Positions 62,287-64,000 of a stretch of 64,000 bases of DNA are shown in pieces. Source of the stretch: Actinomycetota bacterium (lineage in GTDB: Bacteria; Actinomycetota; UBA4738; HRBIN12); the NCBI GenBank assembly GCA_046731295.1, contig JBKPKU010000086.1, positions 811 through 64,810 of the forward strand. The letters are read 5' to 3'. The notes below the pieces were generated by a model that saw only the letters and a program-made list of their open reading frames with translations, was not told where the DNA came from and did no database searches. Each line of letters opens with the position of its first letter. Within the stretch, counting starts at the first letter, position 1. Both the position numbers and the translations under genes were made by a program.

Positions 62287-63245
62287 CTCGTCGAGCCCTC
62301 CGAGAGCACCCCCAGGTCGCCGTTCGCGCCGCAGACCAGGACGACCACGTGCTCGTCCGGGTCGGGGACATAGGCGTTCGCGAGCAGGGCGGCCAGCGCG
62401 GCCGCGCCTCCGGGTTCGGCGAACACGCGCACCTCGTGCCAGAGCCGCCGCTGCGCGTCCTTGATCGCGTCGCCGGACACCAGGACCACGCGCTCGACGT
62501 GCTTGGAGACGATCGCGAACGCGATCTCGCCGGCCTGCCGGGTGCCGAGTGAGTCGGCCGCGTATCCGCCGTACTCGACGTCGACGGGTTCGCCGGCCGC
62601 GAGGGCGGCCGTCATGGACCGGCTGGTTTCGGGTTCGATCCCCACCACACGCGTCCGCCCCTCATACCAGCCCGCGACGCCGCCGATCAGCCCGCCGCCT
62701 CCGATGGCGGCCAGCACGGTGTCGGCGTCTGGGACCTGCTCGGCGAGCTCGAGGCCGATCGTGCCCTGTCCCGCGACGACCTCGGGCTGGTCGTACGCGT
62801 GCATCACGAGCGCGCCGGTCTCGGCGGCCTGGCCGCGGCTCGCCTCGAGCGCCTCGTCGTACCAGCCCTCGACCACGGTGACGTCCGCGCCGAGCGCTCG
62901 TATCCGGTCGGCCTTGACCTTCGGGGAGTTCGAGGGAACGAACACCTCGGCCCGATGGCCGAGCGTGCGCGCGGCGAAGGCGACCGCCATGCCGAAGTTC
63001 CCGCCCGGGGCGGCGATCACGCCGGCCTCGGGGACGTCGGACGAGAGGATCTTGTTGAACGCGCCACGTGGCTTGAACGAGCCCGTGTGCTGCAAGAGGT
63101 CGAGCTTCAGAGCGATCCGGCAGTCGAGACCGAACGCGCCCCGCCCGAGCTGGAGCGCCGGCGTTCGGCGGACGTACGGCCGGATGCGCCTGGTTGCGTC
63201 CTCGATGTCGGCGCGTCCGATGGTGGATCGATCCATCCGCAGCAT
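62283..63245 (-). CDS. PLP-dependent threonine/serine dehydratase family protein
   Basis: The PLP lysine motif is HTGSFKPRGA, with a glycine loop IGGGGLIGG. The protein is 320 aa and lacks a regulatory ACT-like domain. Confidence 0.8.
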   Translation of the reverse strand: MLRMDRSTIGRADIEDATRRIRPYVRRTPALQLGRGAFGLDCRIALKLDLLQHTGSFKPRGAFNKILSSDVPEAGVIAAPGGNFGMAVAFAARTLGHRAEVFVPSNSPKVKADRIRALGADVTVVEGWYDEALEASRGQAAETGALVMHAYDQPEVVAGQGTIGLELAEQVPDADTVLAAIGGGGLIGGVAGWYEGRTRVVGIEPETSRSMTAALAAGEPVDVEYGGYAADSLGTRQAGEIAFAIVSKHVERVVLVSGDAIKDAQRRLWHEVRVFAEPGGAAALAALLANAYVPDPDEHVVVLVCGANGDLGVLSEGSTS

Positions 63246-63325
63246 GAAACCACGTCATACCGGACGGCCACCCGCTGTCGCCTGGCCGGTCGGCGCCCGT
63301 TCGGCGTCGTGATAGAACCAACAGG

Positions 63326-64000
63326 ATGGCGGAGAGGCTGTCGCCCGAGGACTCGCGCATCCTCGCGCTCGAGTCGAGGTCGGTCGTCGGGCACACGTGC
63401 AAGGTCGTGATCGCCGAGCGGACCGGGGACGGCGTCGAGTTCCTCCGCGACCGGATCGCTCGTCGCATCGCGCTCGCGCCGGGCTGTCGGCGGCGGGTCG
63501 TGACGACCCCCTACCGCCTCGACGCACCCGTGTGGAGGGACGACCCGAACTTCGACGTTCGCCGGCACGTCCGTGAGGTGCCCGTCGCCGGCACCGTGGG
63601 AGATCGGGAGCTGCGGGACATCATCGCGCGGCTCATGGCGGAACGGCTGCCTCGCGACCGGCCGTTGTGGGCGATCGACGTCGTTGAGCCCCTCGAAGAC
63701 GGCACGAGGGCCGTCATCTGGCGCATCCACCATGCGATGGCCGACGGGCAAGCGGCGATGGCGATCGGCTCGGCGCTGCTATGGAGCGACTCGACCGACC
63801 CGGAGCCCGACCCTGCGCCCCTTCCCCCCGCCGGGCCGCTGCCGACCTCGAACAGGCTGATCGCGGCCGCTCTGTCGGACCGGGCCCACGCGGTCGGCGA
63901 CACGGCCCATCGGATCGGGCGCCGGGTCGTGTCCCGCCGCCGTATGCGGGAGAGCCTCGAGGAGCTTCGCGGCGCCCCGAGCGCGATCCGGCGCGAGCTG
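63326..64000 (+). CDS. Wax ester synthase/diacylglycerol acyltransferase (WS/DGAT), N-terminal part (3' end outside window)
   Basis: The frame is open from ATG 63326 to the window end, so it is absent from the ORF track. The active-site motif HHAMADG lies at about codons 134-140. Confidence 0.8.
   Translation, partial: MAERLSPEDSRILALESRSVVGHTCKVVIAERTGDGVEFLRDRIARRIALAPGCRRRVVTTPYRLDAPVWRDDPNFDVRRHVREVPVAGTVGDRELRDIIARLMAERLPRDRPLWAIDVVEPLEDGTRAVIWRIHHAMADGQAAMAIGSALLWSDSTDPEPDPAPLPPAGPLPTSNRLIAAALSDRAHAVGDTAHRIGRRVVSRRRMRESLEELRGAPSAIRREL

Overview
This is a very GC-rich chromosomal segment (third codon positions are almost always G/C; GC content was not computed). Gene order resembles that of Actinobacteria. 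I support about 62 protein-coding genes.

Most are housekeeping genes:
- glyA (3' part) and a wecA-like gene
- a potABCD-type polyamine ABC importer
- a complete F1Fo ATP synthase operon (atpZ-like, atpI, atpBEFHAGDC)
- murA, etfBA, mnmA, ligA and folD
- gatCA and gatB, separated by an EamA gene on the opposite strand
- serA, ilvE, pepN and the 5' part of a WS/DGAT acyltransferase

I found no rRNA, tRNA, CRISPR array, transposase, integrase or recognisable defence system. The window does not look like a mobile island, and nothing in it amounts to a clearly novel self-contained system.

The less ordinary content is:
1. A roughly 10 kb chain of start/stop-coupled genes from murA to an acyl-CoA mutase. 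It contains two intramembrane proteases (CPBP and PrsW), two SCP2 proteins flanking a Zn-ADH, MeaB, and a mutase large subunit with isobutyryl-CoA-mutase-type Phe/Gln residues.
2. A His-rich NicO/RcnA-type Ni/Co transporter convergent with a Fur-family regulator, with TTGCA-type motifs upstream of both genes.
3. Two small zinc-finger/zinc-ribbon ORFs. One is below the ORF-track size cut-off and overlaps a third small ORF that is coupled to a pabB-pabC fusion.
4. Three tandem MFS paralogues preceded by a perfect TGTGA-N6-TCACA (CRP/GlxR-type) palindrome, two mini-ORFs and a GC hairpin.
5. An ABC system with two different ATPases and a 1009-aa double-FtsX permease.

Many long ORFs in the track are antisense or out-of-frame shadows typical of high-GC DNA, and I rejected them.
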